This document shows, piece by piece, positions 39,758-53,212 of a stretch of 64,000 bases of DNA. Source of the DNA: Octopus sinensis (lineage: Eukaryota); contig NC_043000.1 in assembly GCF_006345805.1 (NCBI RefSeq), positions 62,682,001-62,746,000 on the forward strand, written 5' to 3'. The translations under genes were made by a program, and so were the position numbers. Numbering within the stretch: position 1 is the first letter of the stretch; the number at the start of each line of letters is the position of its first letter. Under the pieces are notes generated by a model. That model was not told the DNA's origin. It saw nothing but the letters and a program-made list of their open reading frames with translations, and searched no databases.

Positions 39758-39919
39758 TTTATTTAAAGCAGCAGAAAATTCAATAAAATCTGTTACTCTG
39801 AGTTTCATATTCCCGTTTGTCAGACAATTTTTGCTAGAAAAAACTGTCCGACAAACGGGAACATGAAACTCAAAGTAACAGGTTTTGTTGAATTTTATGC
39901 TGCTTTAAATAAAGCATAT
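39754..39919. repeat. ~165-bp fold-back with a hammerhead motif in each arm
   Basis: Right arm: CTGT-CCGACAA-ACG-GGAA-CAT-GAAA-CTC-AAAG-TA-ACAG (39844-39881). Left arm (minus): TTGT-CTGACAA-ACG-GGAA-TAT-GAAA-CTC-A-GAG-TA-ACAG. Confidence 0.8.
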
Positions 39920-40226
39920 TACTCTACCACTGGTATTTGAGTACTCTTTTTTCCACCTTGTTTCACATTTATGTGTTTACTCCGGTATATATATATCTAT
40001 ATATATATATATATAAACACACACACACATGCACACACACACACATCCTGTATCATAAAGACAGTGTTACTTGGCAGTAACACTGATCATCTTATCTAAC
40101 GCATCCTTCACTTTTAAAAAGCACTATGATGTGTGACTTAATGGAGATTTCGATGCTACTTGTAGCAATTCAAGGGGCTGCGCAGAGGCACCCTCTTATA
40201 TATAACACAAGTATCTGTACATGTGT

Positions 40227-40275
<49 letters not shown>

Positions 40276-43200
40276 CACATACATATATATAGACATATAT
40301 ACATACATATATATATATAGACATATATACATACATATATATAGACACATATACATACATATATATAGACACATATACATACATAATCATAGATATATAT
40401 ATATGCACACATACATATACATAGATACATACAGACAGACATACACATAGATACATATATATATATATATATATATGTACACAGACACACACACACACAT
40501 AATTTAAATAATATCAAGATACATACACATTTATATATAGATATATTTATATATCCTAGCCCTAATGTGTCGCTTTATCTGCTAGAAATAGTAGTGAAAT
40601 CTCCCACAAATCATAATCTACAGCCTTGAAAGGTGAAGGACACATGGTATAATGTATAAAATCTCTTTTAAAAAGTTGGCCAGAAACTTATATCTTACGA
40701 ACAACTCTAATATAATGTCTTTTGATGAAAGCAAGAGGTGTATTTCATGGAGTGAATCCCTATGTTTTATTCCATTCAGAATGCAGTAGAGAAATATAAA
40801 TGGATCCAGTATTTCATTGGTACATTATTTAATCAACCTCAGAAGTTGGCATTGGTGGGATTTGAACAGGTAGAAGTAATATTTATATAAATGTAACAAC
40901 TGTGATATTTGAACTCAGAATGTAGTGAACCAATGCTAATCACTGTAAACCATATTATCTTGTCCCATTACAAAATATGCCATTTTATTATCTGCCTTAC
41001 TTAGCAATAATGTTTAATTCTGTTGTATCTCATGTGGGTCAATTTGCCAATATGAACACTCATACTGGTTCTATTTCACTTCTTTTCATTATTATTAACC
41101 AATTAATAACCTAATTAACCAATTAATTAATTGATTGCTGAAGTAATCACTTGATCAACCATCAGTTGGTTTGTTGATTCTTTTGTTACCATTCATTGTA
41201 ATGAAATGTGAAGGAAGTCCATGTACACAATTTTAACAGGATTCCTGTCAGATGGGAAACTGCATGTTTACACTCAAAGATGGTCTCTGCTAGAAACTGT
41301 TACAGACTGGGCCTATGCAGTGAATGGTAGCAAGCGATTTGAATGGTTGAATTACGTGACCTAGTTTTCTCCTCAGCTACAGCCATCTGAGTTTTCTCAC
41401 AAGTGCTGTTCAATTAGAAAGAAATCAGGACTTTGTGAAGGTGTGCCCACATTTGCATAAGAGAGATTCTAAGTAATTCAGGCACAAAGAATGTCAACTA
41501 AATTTTGCATAATAGATGGTAGAGCTTGGTGTATAGTCCAATGTTCTACTGAACAATATAAAGTTTGGCATAAAAACACAAGATTAAGAAAGAAATATTC
41601 TATTTACATTCTTGTTCACTAAATTAATGAGTCTTAGTGCATGCATGCATACACACACACATATATATATAAGTTTTGGCTAGAATTGGCCCAGGCCATG
41701 ACTAACTTAATAGCACCACATGGAAAAGACATTTAATGAGGTTTCATATTACAGTCATTCTTTGGCCACCAAAACCTATTCAAGTAAAGAGTAATTGTTT
41801 GCAGAGATATATCCAGCTGTAGTTTGTTTATCTGGAATTTGTTGGAGATATTCATCCAGAAATCATTTGAATGTCATGAGATCTGTTTCTTCCCTTGTGT
41901 CTTGATATGGTGTTAAAGACAACAGGGCCAAATGAGGTGAATTAGTTGTCTTAGTGTTGTGATGTGATGGACACAGGGACATAACCTTGGGTGAATTTTA
42001 AATTTGATGCCAGCATCATTTGGGCAGCTGTTAGAATATTTTCCATATCATATAAATGATAAAGCACTAAGTGACATTAGAGGGAATAAAACTCTGAGCT
42101 TCTCAAGTTGATCCCAATAATCAAGACCTATCATATCATTTATTTCCTTTGCGAGTGATATGTGTGTGTTGGCAAGTATGTAATTAAGAATGTCAATCTG
42201 ATGACAAACATCTTAAAGTATATATATGTATAAATCACAACCATGAGTACCCTGTGGTGAATTTTAACAACTGTTTTCCTTAGCTATTAACATTTTAACA
42301 ATAAGTTTGCTAAGCTACAAAACCATTATCCTCAGGTTCTGTATAAAATATTCTATATTCAGCAATAGATAACCTAGTCATTACCATATTTAAATAGTAA
42401 AGAAATCTGAAATCTAAAAAAATGCTGGTGGTCTGAATCAGCAAAAGTTTGAAAGATTAGTAAAGTTATTTGCTGTTAGCATCACAGCTGTATGGTAAGA
42501 ATTTTGCTTTCTGATGTCGTAGTTTCAAGTTCAGTCCCATTGAGTGGTACCTTGGGCAAATGTCTTCTATGATAGCCTCAGGTCAACCAAAGCCTTATGA
42601 GTGGATTTGCTTGGCAGAAACTGAAAGAAGCCTGTCGTGTGTGTGTGGGGGGGGGGGGGGTAAACCACAACAGCTTGACAAATGGTGCTAATTTGGTGGT
42701 TCAGCAAAAGGGAGTGATAGAATAAAAACCAAACTTTAAGAAAAAGATAATAATTCCAGGGGGTCAATTTTTTGATATTAAAAAAAAAAACCATCAAGGC
42801 AGTGCTCCAGCATGGTCCGGGTCTATTGACTGAAACAATAGGCTATGTGACATTTTCTGATACTTTTTTCTTTATATATATATATATAAACTAAGAATAT
42901 GGTATCTTCCCTGACTGCTACAAAATACATAGGGAAAATTAAGTTTACAAAACATAATTGAAACTAAGTATGCAAATTTATGTAGTATTTTAAATACAAC
43001 ATGCTATCCCACAAATTAAAGTAGAGTAAAAAATATAATTTAGGTTGTATATTGTTTATTCATTTATGGCGCCTTCTTGTAAATATTCCCCTTGGATAGT
43101 CTGGATGCAACAATTCTGAGTGAAGCAATTTCCCCGGACAAAATGAAGATTTCTGCTTCTTTTGGCAACAATTTATCACAAATATTATAACTTCAAGTGA

Positions 43201-45089
43201 CTGCATCTTTTCAAGGCCAGGTAATGCTGCTAGTACGTATATGCCCACAAATAGGCATGCGTCTAATCTAATGTTAATAGAAATAATGTTTACATGAATA
43301 AACTTCCGTTCACTTAGAATATATTCAGCAACTGTTCTTGAGGTGTTAATTTCTCTATAGCAATACGAATCAAATTAAAGGAATATGATTCCATAGTCGT
43401 TATTTTTAATTAGTCATATAATTATAAATGTTCTCACTTTGGTTTAAATTTTTAATTAATGTCAAATATTTATAACTTTTATGATGAATAAAACCAGGTA
43501 AATAAAAGAAAAACATTTCGTAATTGTCTCCCTTAGACTTGTTTTATCCAAAACACGTTGAAACATTTAAGACTACCTCTGCTTTATGGTTTGTATATTA
43601 AAATCAGGTGTCTGACAGCAACTACGTCAATCAGGAACTCAGTTATTTTTATAGTACTCTGAAGTCATATCTTCGCAAGTAATATCTTTTTTAACATCTA
43701 TTATGCGTATTGAAAGGAAGATAGACACATGCTGCACTTGAGCGCTGCGTACTATAAGCTTATTATTATTATTAGGTTTTTTTATGTGTGAAGTTTTACT
43801 TAAATTTGCGTTGCTTGTGAATAGACTGAAAAATTAGGTATAAGATTCCTTATTTGAACAAATGTAATAGTAAATTATTATGGCAACCAGTTTAATTAGG
43901 AATGGTAAAGCTATGTCTAAAGGCACAACATAATCTGTTCTGCTAGTAAAGTATATGAATTTTGCAGAAAATTTTTAAGCTCAATAAATAATCTTAAATC
44001 TCGTAAGTACTATCTCTCAAGCAAGTACTTTCTAAGACACAAGATTCCTGCAGAACGAAGAACTACGTCATGAAAATAATTCCGTACCGAGAAGAAACAA
44101 AAATAAAACGCAGTTTGCCGCCAGGTTGCGAGCACACTTCAACTAATGCATACACATGGATGCTCTCAATTACACACGCGTTTGCACACAGGTTTTTGAA
44201 ATGTAAACAAGAAAAAAGAACTGTTGCATTCTACACTGGATGTGGTTCAAATTTCAGGTGTATCCAGTAAAATAGACGATAAGTAAATGTGAAAACAAAA
44301 TAGTATGTTTTGGGGATACTTTGTACTGTCAGTGCGTGTGGTATATGCATGCGAATGTTTGTTGTTCATGCATGTGTGAACTACGTTATTGAAAATCTTG
44401 AAACAAAGACTTGCAATAAATGCAATGATAATCTCTGTAAATTTCAAATCAGTTATTAATTCAGAATATTTTTTTTTAATAAAAAAAATGTAACAAATAA
44501 ATGCAAAGCTAAAATGTCTTCCTCAAAGTTCACATTATTCTTACCTTACATTGTTGTTTTAAAAACATCTTTAGTTCTTCTTAATTTCCATTGCTAATCG
44601 AAAAAGTTTTATAAGTTTTTGAAATTGCAAGTTAAAGAACTTACCTCATAATTTTGTTAATTGCCTAAAGTATGGTTTTATCCAATTTAACGTCATAAGA
44701 TAATTAGCGACAACTTTTCACTTTTCAGTTTTGTTTCTTTTTGATTTGTTTTGTTTACTTTTTTTCTTTACTTTGTTCAACATTACTTTTTTTTTTTTTT
44801 TTTCAGCAGTTTTAGAATAAAATTTTGTTTGCTTTTGGATACAACGTATTAATCACTTATTGTCGTTGTTCGTTTAGTAAATTTCTCAAAATAGATGTGT
44901 ATATTTCTCGAAAATATTTTTCCAACACCGAGTTGTTTTATCTTCAACAATTTAAACATTTTCCTTTTTTTTTATTCCATTTTAAAATTGTTTTACTTTT
45001 TTTTTAAATTTACTTACTGTACTTAGTTCGGAAATCATAGAGATTCTTGTATCTTCCAAAAACGAAGATAAAAATATCTGAAATATCAG

Positions 45090-45467
45090 TCAGTCATCCC
45101 AAGTGATACTGTTGTAATGAGGATATGATTCTCGCACAAGCTCTGTCGTGATTGAGTGGTCAGCTCGGCCATATCCTTGAGATCGACCGTACACATGAAT
45201 CGTTCCAGCCTCGGGTAAGTGCTCCATCTTGCCACCACCCACACATATACAGTTTAGTCCATGGATTTCAAGTTCAGCATCCACCAAGTCGAAAATGTCT
45301 GCATGGAATCTAGCGATTGTAGAACCGCGAACGATGTACTGGAAGTCTTTAGGATTATTTCCATCGTATACTTTGCATAGGACATACCTGCTGAATCCTT
45401 GTTCTCCGATGTCCACTATAGGTACCCCATCTAGTTTAGGGTTAGGTGGAATCGTTTTGGCAGGCAT
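45090..45467 (-). CDS. PHPT1: 14-kDa phosphohistidine phosphatase / Janus-Ocnus family protein (single-exon CDS, 125 aa)
   Basis: Family motifs 'VPIVDI', 'RYVL', 'IVRG', 'FHADIFD' (catalytic His), 'C.CVGGG', 'IHVYG.S.GYGRADH' and 'ITW'. An in-frame stop lies upstream of the ATG. It may be a paralog rather than the 1:1 ortholog. Confidence 0.93.
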   Translation of the reverse strand: MPAKTIPPNPKLDGVPIVDIGEQGFSRYVLCKVYDGNNPKDFQYIVRGSTIARFHADIFDLVDAELEIHGLNCICVGGGKMEHLPEAGTIHVYGRSQGYGRADHSITTELVRESYPHYNSITWDD

Positions 45468-46366
45468 GTGTGAAAAGCTTACGTCGGATTACCACGAACT
45501 TGTCACGAACAGAGAATCTGGGCTACTGACGTTTGTTTGAATCTAGTAATAGTGGTTGTGATGCAGCAGCTAGTAGCTGTAACTACATAGGAAAATGTTT
45601 ATTGCTTACACTTGTTGTTGCTCTTTGCTAGAAATATAACTTCGTCTCGAAGAATTCTTCGTACAAGGTCAGACAGCTGAAAGCAACATGGCTTTAGGCG
45701 GATTACCCCGTATTTTAGCTGTGGAAATTAAATAAATGGATAAAACTAAATCGTTTAATGAATATGCACACATGAATGGACAAGTAAACTACAGTTTATT
45801 AATTAGAACTAGTAATTTATTCTAAGTTCATGAATTTCAAAGCTTTAGTGTCTCTGGCTTTTTCGTTACTCTTACCTTTTTTTATATTTTTTGTTGAATG
45901 AGAAAGAGCAACGCTCACATGTCAAATTGATGCGTTTGAAGTTCATTTTGAGTAAAATAAAATTTTAAAAACGGGGCTGGAAGAGATTTTCATTGAGTTG
46001 TAGCACTGAGGATTTGGGGGAAGTAAGTGTTTAGAGCAGGATCTGTGGTGGAGAATCTTGAAGAAATGGCAAAAGATGATAGACAGTTAGATTCACCAGG
46101 TGAGAGACGATAAACAGCTTGCATACCATTAGATCAGGAGCAGAACCTCTTATAGTAACGGTTGAAGCGACTAGGAAGAGAAATAACATCTGCTGTCAAT
46201 TCGTGAACGTGTCTTTACAGTTAGATTAATGACCTTTTAGATGCGATGGGGTTTTGGATGTGTGCTTGTAGCGCCATCCCACATATATAAGAGATTTGTA
46301 ATGTTTGTCTTGAAGAGGACCATGAACTGATCACAGCAAAAGTTTCCTATTACCGGTAAAATTTTG

Positions 46367-46778
46367 GGATCTTTTCGGTTTGAACGGCAGTTTTTTCTAG
46401 CAGTGTCATATGAAATTGTCACCCATAATTATGACCCTAGTATCGATCTATGGCATTTCAATATTTTTTAGGGTTAGGGGCGGGGGGAAGGGTATCTTTT
46501 TTTCTTCACAAATGTAAATAAACCCAAACTGTTTCTTAAACGAGGGACATATTCATACGGCACAGAATGTTTTTTACCTCAATAGACGTATTTCATTGGT
46601 TGAAATTGCAGAAATTGAAGAAAAGAAACAACAAATATCTTACAAACTATAGAATTTTCTCAATAAAGCCAAGAGAAAAAGATGTTTTATAAACACATTC
46701 TACCAGTATACGAAGTTTAAAAGTTTTTAGTTACCTAGAAAAATATGTTAAAAACTGCCGTTCAAACCGAAAAGATCC
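46367..46778. mobile_element. MITE with ~28-bp TIRs
   Basis: GGATCTTTTCGGTTTGAACGGCAGTTTTT / AAAAACTGCCGTTCAAACCGAAAAGATCC. AAATTTT is duplicated on both flanks, and there is an internal TTAGGGTTAGGG. Confidence 0.9.
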
Positions 46779-48999
46779 AAATTTTAGCCAAGTTAAAAAT
46801 TTTTATTCATGTAAGCGGAAGTATTTTTATTGGGGTGGGGGGCATCGTTTGGATTTCCGCAGTTAAAGTCCTCTTATACTTCTTTTAACAGCCTTTTTCT
46901 CTGGTGACATTTTATATTATCTCTTTGTTCAATATTGGACAAACCGCTGGCCACACGCAGCTTGTGGGACGTCATACGAAAAGTTCTGATTTTAATAGTA
47001 CGACCTGCGTGATGATGACCATATCTCATACGACCCACTTCTCGGGAAAATTGCCAAAGCCTGACCTAAATTCAGTTAAGCTCTATTTGGGGTTTATCTA
47101 GAGTGGAAAAAAATAAAGCACTTGTCAAATACTGAAAGCATGTATATAGATTACATGTACGATGGTATATCAACGATTGATCTTCTATGCAGTCGCTCGA
47201 CAGGCTAGAAGTTAGCAATTAAATCCCTCTCAAAATAAACTCTACTGTTGTTGAAAAATAAATTACACACTGAAAAGTGTTATTCATTGTCCAAAAAAGA
47301 CTAGATGGCCACAGATGGAATATCTTTGAGCATAGTTGTGCTGGATTATGAGTAACCAATGACGAGACAACATACACAAGTATGTTTGTGTCAGTGTGAC
47401 ATGGACAGATCGGTGTGCTGTACCTTGAATTGTGCTCCGCCGCAGTTAGGTCCTTCGACACTCGGGTCAACTTTGCCTTTCTCTAATTAAACACCAGGCA
47501 AACTACTAGCCTCTTTATAAGCCCTTGAGCAGTGTCCATATTCGAAGCGCACCATCTAAAGCTAGAAGAAAAAGCGTAATTTTTGCTTCGCCTTAGAAAT
47601 ATATATCAGTAGTTCAATTTCTTTATTGCCCACAAGGACCAACTCAGAGGGGACAATACATCGTATATCAGTAGTTCATGTAGCAGACTTATTGCTCTTA
47701 TGAAAAAAATTATAAACTTAAATCTTTGGGCACAGACAAGGCATTGCTGTTAAGGATTTCGCATCGCAAGTTCTTGGTACCCTGTTCGATCCAACTCTGC
47801 GACATCCTGGGCAGAGAGTAGAAAACTGGAGGAAACCCTCTGTGTGCGTATGTGTGTCACATTTAATAAACAATATTAAAAATATATATGGCACTTGGTA
47901 TAAGTGTGTTCAAGTAACGTAGATAGGAATTGTTGCGAAAACTCAACTTTAAACATTTCTCTATCAATCATAAATATAGGTAACTTTTTTGACAGACACA
48001 ACCTCAAATTGAGCTACTGTTGTACCACTATCACTACATGAACCCAACAATAAAAACCGAAGCTATACATTCCTACACATTATTTGGGGTATTATTGAAA
48101 GAAAGAAAAAATGACGCAAGAAGGATTTTTGAAATGTATTCAAAAGTCAATTGCGTGATGTACAAACATCTTATCTAAAAGTAATCAATGTAAAACCTAA
48201 AATATTACAAAGACACAATGTCATAAATGCATGCTTAGGGAATTAAAGAAAAATTGAAGGAGTATTTTCAGGATTAGTGATCTTGATAGTTATTAAAGAC
48301 GATAGAGCGCTTCTGTAAAAAGAAAAATGTTCTTGTAAGGAATATTGAAGATAAAATGTGAGTAGATTTGCTGGACTTAACCTCTCGTACATGTATTCAC
48401 CATATTTTTTTTAATGTTCGTATGCTTTTATAGAAACGAGCTGGGCATTGTAGGTTCTAATCATTGGATTGATTGTTTACTCAGATTTCATTTTCATCAC
48501 CTGTCGGTAAATAAAGTTTATATGACAGCCGAGTATTATTTATATGACAGCTGGCATTATTTTCACAACTGCCAACAACAACCAGCTTTTCTATTCGGTA
48601 GCACGATCAAATCTCTTTGACTGTGCATTGCTACTTTAGCGTATCTGTAGTCAACACTGTGAAATGACCTCATTTTGTTTAGAATTGTGTTTAAGGTTTG
48701 GGTTCAGATTAGGATTAGGGACAGACTGCACAATAAAGTGCACCAACTGTACTCTATTATCTTTAATAATCAACAAGATCACTAGCCCTAACAATATACG
48801 TTCAGTCTTTCTCCAGCATGGCATTAAGAAGTTAGACCTTTTACTTAGCAAGCTTTTCAACCTCTCCGCTCTACAAAGATATACTATGATCTTTAAAAAG
48901 CACTAATATATGCCCCATTCTCAAGAAAGGTAACCCATTAGATCCAACCAGCAACAATATTCTCTCTCCCTCTTTCTTTCTCTCTCTCTCTCTCTCCCT

Positions 49000-49075
49000 T
49001 AACAGTCATCGGTACAGCTCCCGTAAAAACCTGATCCTCTGGATTTTTACGGGAGCTATACCGGTTATCGTTTAA
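49000..49075. repeat. Short GC-richer hairpin
   Basis: CGGTACAGCTCCCGTAAAAA pairs with TTTTTACGGGAGCTATACCG across a ~14-nt loop. Confidence 0.8.
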
Positions 49076-49099
49076 CCTATTATGTCATTCATCGGTGTG

Positions 49100-49980
49100 A
49101 CAGTGCTGCTGTTACACCTTAAAGAAATTCGGCGAAATCTATGATGTCATCTTCAATATCAGCAAAACTTTCGGCCATGTTCGACATGCCAATATCCTCA
49201 GTCGTCTTTCTTCTCTTAGAATGGAGGCTTTTATTGGAATCGCAAATCGCGCTTTCACGGCGTTTATTAACAGACATTTTCTGTCCCTCACTCTATCAAC
49301 AATCTTTCTACTGTCGTGTTCAACAACGTTCATCCTCACACAGATGATATCATTCTTCATTCCCTTCTAATCTACTCTAGCCATACACCATCCATGCGCA
49401 ATCAAGATGTCACATGCCAAGCCTGCACTGATAATATAAACAGGAACCTTGGAAGTATCCGTAGAAGGAAACATGCTAATTTTATTTCTTTCAACATCCA
49501 AGAAACACTAAATGCTTCTCATATCAATTAAAACATCATGGCGCCACACATTTTCAAAATATTAACAGCATGCACCTCGAGCCTTCACAATCGCTTTCTA
49601 ATGTTAGGTGTCACTGTCTCTCGAGGCGAAAACACACGCTCAACATCGTTCCGACTACCTCCTATCGCTTTGACTCTTCTCACCGAGGGCAAAAATTATT
49701 GAAGCTTTACGAAGCTCGGGCGAGACCCACAGTGGAGGACATTTGTGTCGGTGGTACTGCTACACATACAGGTATCTAATGACTGCTTCCAAAGAAAGGT
49801 AAAAAGTCACTTACACACACGCCTCAACCTCGGGATTATAGACGCTCTGTCTCCTGACTGCTTATACTTCCGGTACTGTAATGGCTTCTGCCCTTAGAGA
49901 TAATCTCATTCCACCACCACTTAGGTACTCCCGACTCATTTGTCTTCTGTCACCCGTATTGTGTCCAACTTCACATGCCC
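49100..49980 (+). mobile_element. Old CR1/Jockey-group LINE RT remnant
   Basis: Degraded motifs resembling 'HxYADD.LH' (CATCCTCACACAGATGATATC) and 'LLKLYEARARPTVE'. Heavily mutated. Confidence 0.5.
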
Positions 49981-52601
49981 TGCACTAACCACACTGTTTC
50001 TTCATTTGACCTCAGAACGTTGTCGGCAACGTTTCGGTTGTCGTAACACAAGTTTCTGTCGATTTCCGTAAAAAATGTAAACACTGAATCGGCCATACAT
50101 ACATACACACACACACACATACATAGATACATACACACACATACATACATGCATACATACATATACACATACATTTCAGTTATCTCTTTCTTTCACACAT
50201 TACTCTCTCTGTCTCTTCACACACACTAACAGAAGCACTTCACTTACACAACATGCTGTCTGTCTCCCACACCCCATCAAACACACACACACACACACAC
50301 ATGTACATCAATGCTTTCATAGCTTCAAAGAGAAATTTCCTCGTCATAAAATCGCTTCCTCTTAGTCTCTTTCGCTCTCATTACTTATGTAAAAAAATAA
50401 AAGTTTTTTACGGAAATCGACGGAAACTTGTGCTACGACAAGCGAAACATCGCCACGTTGTCTCTTTGGAATCCTTCCTTGCCTTTGTCTTCCCTGCTGG
50501 TGTCGACTTGCAACAGTTCAAGCAGAAAAGGTAGTGACTATGGCCTATGAAGGTTAACGACTCTTTGCCTTCCCCTAGATCCGGAAAGTAGAAAAATACA
50601 ATTGACAATGTAGTATTAGGTATGCAAAAAAGATGAGATGGTCACGGCTGAAAAGCTTTTGGTCATAGATTTTCTCAATGGGGACGGATTTTTAGCTTGC
50701 CGTTCCCAACAACTCTGGGAGAGAAAAAATTTAGCCCCCTACAACACACCATCATCCTATTCAAGGGTATAGTTATCTCTCATCCGCTTGACACTGAAAA
50801 AACTTTAGATAAATAGCAGCGTCTTTAGGATTCAAAAAAGAATAAACTTTTTATAATAATGTATGTACATGTGATTTGAGATGAACGACACATGCAATAC
50901 TTAATGATAAAAGCGAACTTATCCTCATTGATGCGATTTAAAAATACTGTATTTTTTCTATTTGGTTCACTGAATTCTATCATGATGATCAGTGACGATA
51001 TCATTTGTGACGGAAGAGTTGAGTTTGGTTGCTCATGAAATAAATTATTTCAACACGAGGATTTTTTTTTTGTTTTTTTTTTTAGAAGGGCACTAAAAGC
51101 ATAATTCTGGTTCCAACGGTATTATTCAACATAATTTAATGGGATTGAAGTTTCCATGGATAAAATACGCTCTTATATCCGTCATTTAATGAATTACATC
51201 TCATTTAATTAGACATTCAGATCAATGATGTAACTTTGTACTGCTCTGTATCTCATCTAATTTCAGCTTGATAGGCTAGGTTAAAGGCATCCGATATTCA
51301 CCATCTTTCTTGTGGAAATGCATCACTGACTAATAAGCGGTTCATTATCATCCTATCCATTGGAACGTTTTCCTCAGAACTAATATCAGAGAAATGCTAC
51401 TTGGAATAATTTTTTAAATGTTGTTAAGCAGCAATACGAAAATAGAAACTATGAAAAGTTTAGAATACTGAAAGGTACAAAATTAATTAACCAAATTGCT
51501 TATACTGCTCCAGTTTTATTTGTCGTTCTGGGAAGTAGCAGCATAAATAGCAAACTTCTTAAGTTCTTGCATAGTAAAGGAGGTCAGTGTAATAAATATT
51601 TAGCTTGAATTATTGAAGATTCGAGACAACGGAAAAGGTGAGTGAAAATGGAAACTTAGAGCGATTCAGTTGAGAAGAAGAGTTGAGTGTTTAGTACAAG
51701 GCCTGGAAGATGAATAAATGATGTAACTGACAAGAGTAATTAGCCATGAAACTTTTTTTTTTCTATTTTTGATTCGAAGTAAAAGAATGTATAGCTTCCC
51801 AGTGTTATTGCATTGGCCCGCAGAATTATTATGAAGGATGTGATTGACCGTGATTAGAAATCTATGTTGAATTTCATCTTTTAAAGGGATATTATCTTCT
51901 TACTGACGAATATTCAAATAACTCTTACAAAACATAATCGTTTTTTTTTTCTTTTCTGTTTTGCCTTATGTGACAAGACAGATGAGAGCTGCCGTAAAAG
52001 AAGCTCTTTTTCGTTAGTAACATTTGGTTACTGAACATCTGAATTGGCATTCTGCCTAATAAACTGTAATTACTATTTAGGATTGTACTGCAACATGTTA
52101 ATATCTTTGAAATATCTTTCTGAAATTTTGTTGACTTGAGCAACCATGAAGTTCTTCATTATAAGATTTTGGTACAGATTATCCTAATGTTGTCAGGGAA
52201 CGCAAAGAATTCGATTATATTTCTAGTTTGAAAATAATATGCTTATATTTCTTAACTACACTGATGTATACTAAGAAGAGCAGTTGCTGATTCTTTTTGG
52301 TTTAAAGACAGTCAAGTTACCACAATTTGGCAATGAATCAAAGATTTTAAAAGAAACGTTTACAATAGAAGAATTACTGAACGGTACAAGGTTAATGATA
52401 AAACAATGTTTTCAGTCTTATCTAGAAGAACCAACGGTCTGATAAGTCTAGTGTAATAATTATCAATAACCTCCAATAGTTTTACCGACAATCTTTGCTG
52501 TGTATGAAAGATGAAATAGACAACAAACTTAGGAAATATATCAACATTTTATAAATATGTATGGGGTAGTTTATATATTTTCGTGTAATGAGGACCTAGA
52601 T

Positions 52602-52780
52602 CAGTGCTTTTCAAACTTTTTGCTGGAGCGGAACCCCAAGGAAACATTCCACTGGCTCGAGGAACCCCTATGCAATAATTTAATAGTCTTATGCACACAT
52701 ATCTGCACAGGAGACTTAAAAATTACTGCCGATTTTAGCAGTTTTGTAACTTCTTGCGGAACCCTGGTTGAAAACCACTG
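52602..52780. mobile_element. hAT (Charlie-like) MITE
   Basis: TIRs CAGTGCTTTTCAA / TTGAAAACCACTG with a perfect 8-bp TSD ACCTAGAT. Confidence 0.92.
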
Positions 52781-53046
52781 ACCTAGATACATGATGCCAA
52801 ATGTGGATAACAAAGAAAGCTTTTCCATTTATTGTACAACTGAGAAAAACAATCAAATCAATTGGTTGAAGCCAGTTAGGACAAGTGATACTCAACACTT
52901 GTTGATAGGTATAATTTTAGTTGAATTACGGATTTATGGTTGGAAATATAAACAGGAATCTCATTGTATTATGTCATTGATTATACTTATATTTTATTTT
53001 AGTTGATGAAAGAAATGAACCGTCAACAGTCGAACTCATATATGCC

Positions 53047-53212
53047 CAGGGCCGGCCTTAGGGTTGCTGGCGCCTCCGGCAAGCTGAACTTCGGCGTGTA
53101 GAAGCTGATGACCGTGAAAATTTCCTTGTTTTTGTCACGCCCTCCTTGGCGTCCCCTAGCACATGGCACCCCGGGTGACTGCCCGACTTGCTGGTACCTT
53201 GAGCCGGCGCTG
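53047..53212. mobile_element. hAT (Tip100-like) MITE
   Basis: CAGGGCCGGC / GCCGGCGCTG ends. The flanks TATATGCC / TATATGTA match at 6 of 8 bases. Confidence 0.7.

Noticed and set aside
50408-50575. Zinc-finger-like exon (FCLNCC...WRCFAC)
   Set aside because: The second Cys pair lies inside a repeat arm duplicated at 50020-50075, and no partner exons were found.
51925-52222. Minus-strand coding exon
   Set aside because: Splice-like boundaries exist, but all three frames contain stops across the segment and nothing is recognisable. It could still be a UTR exon.
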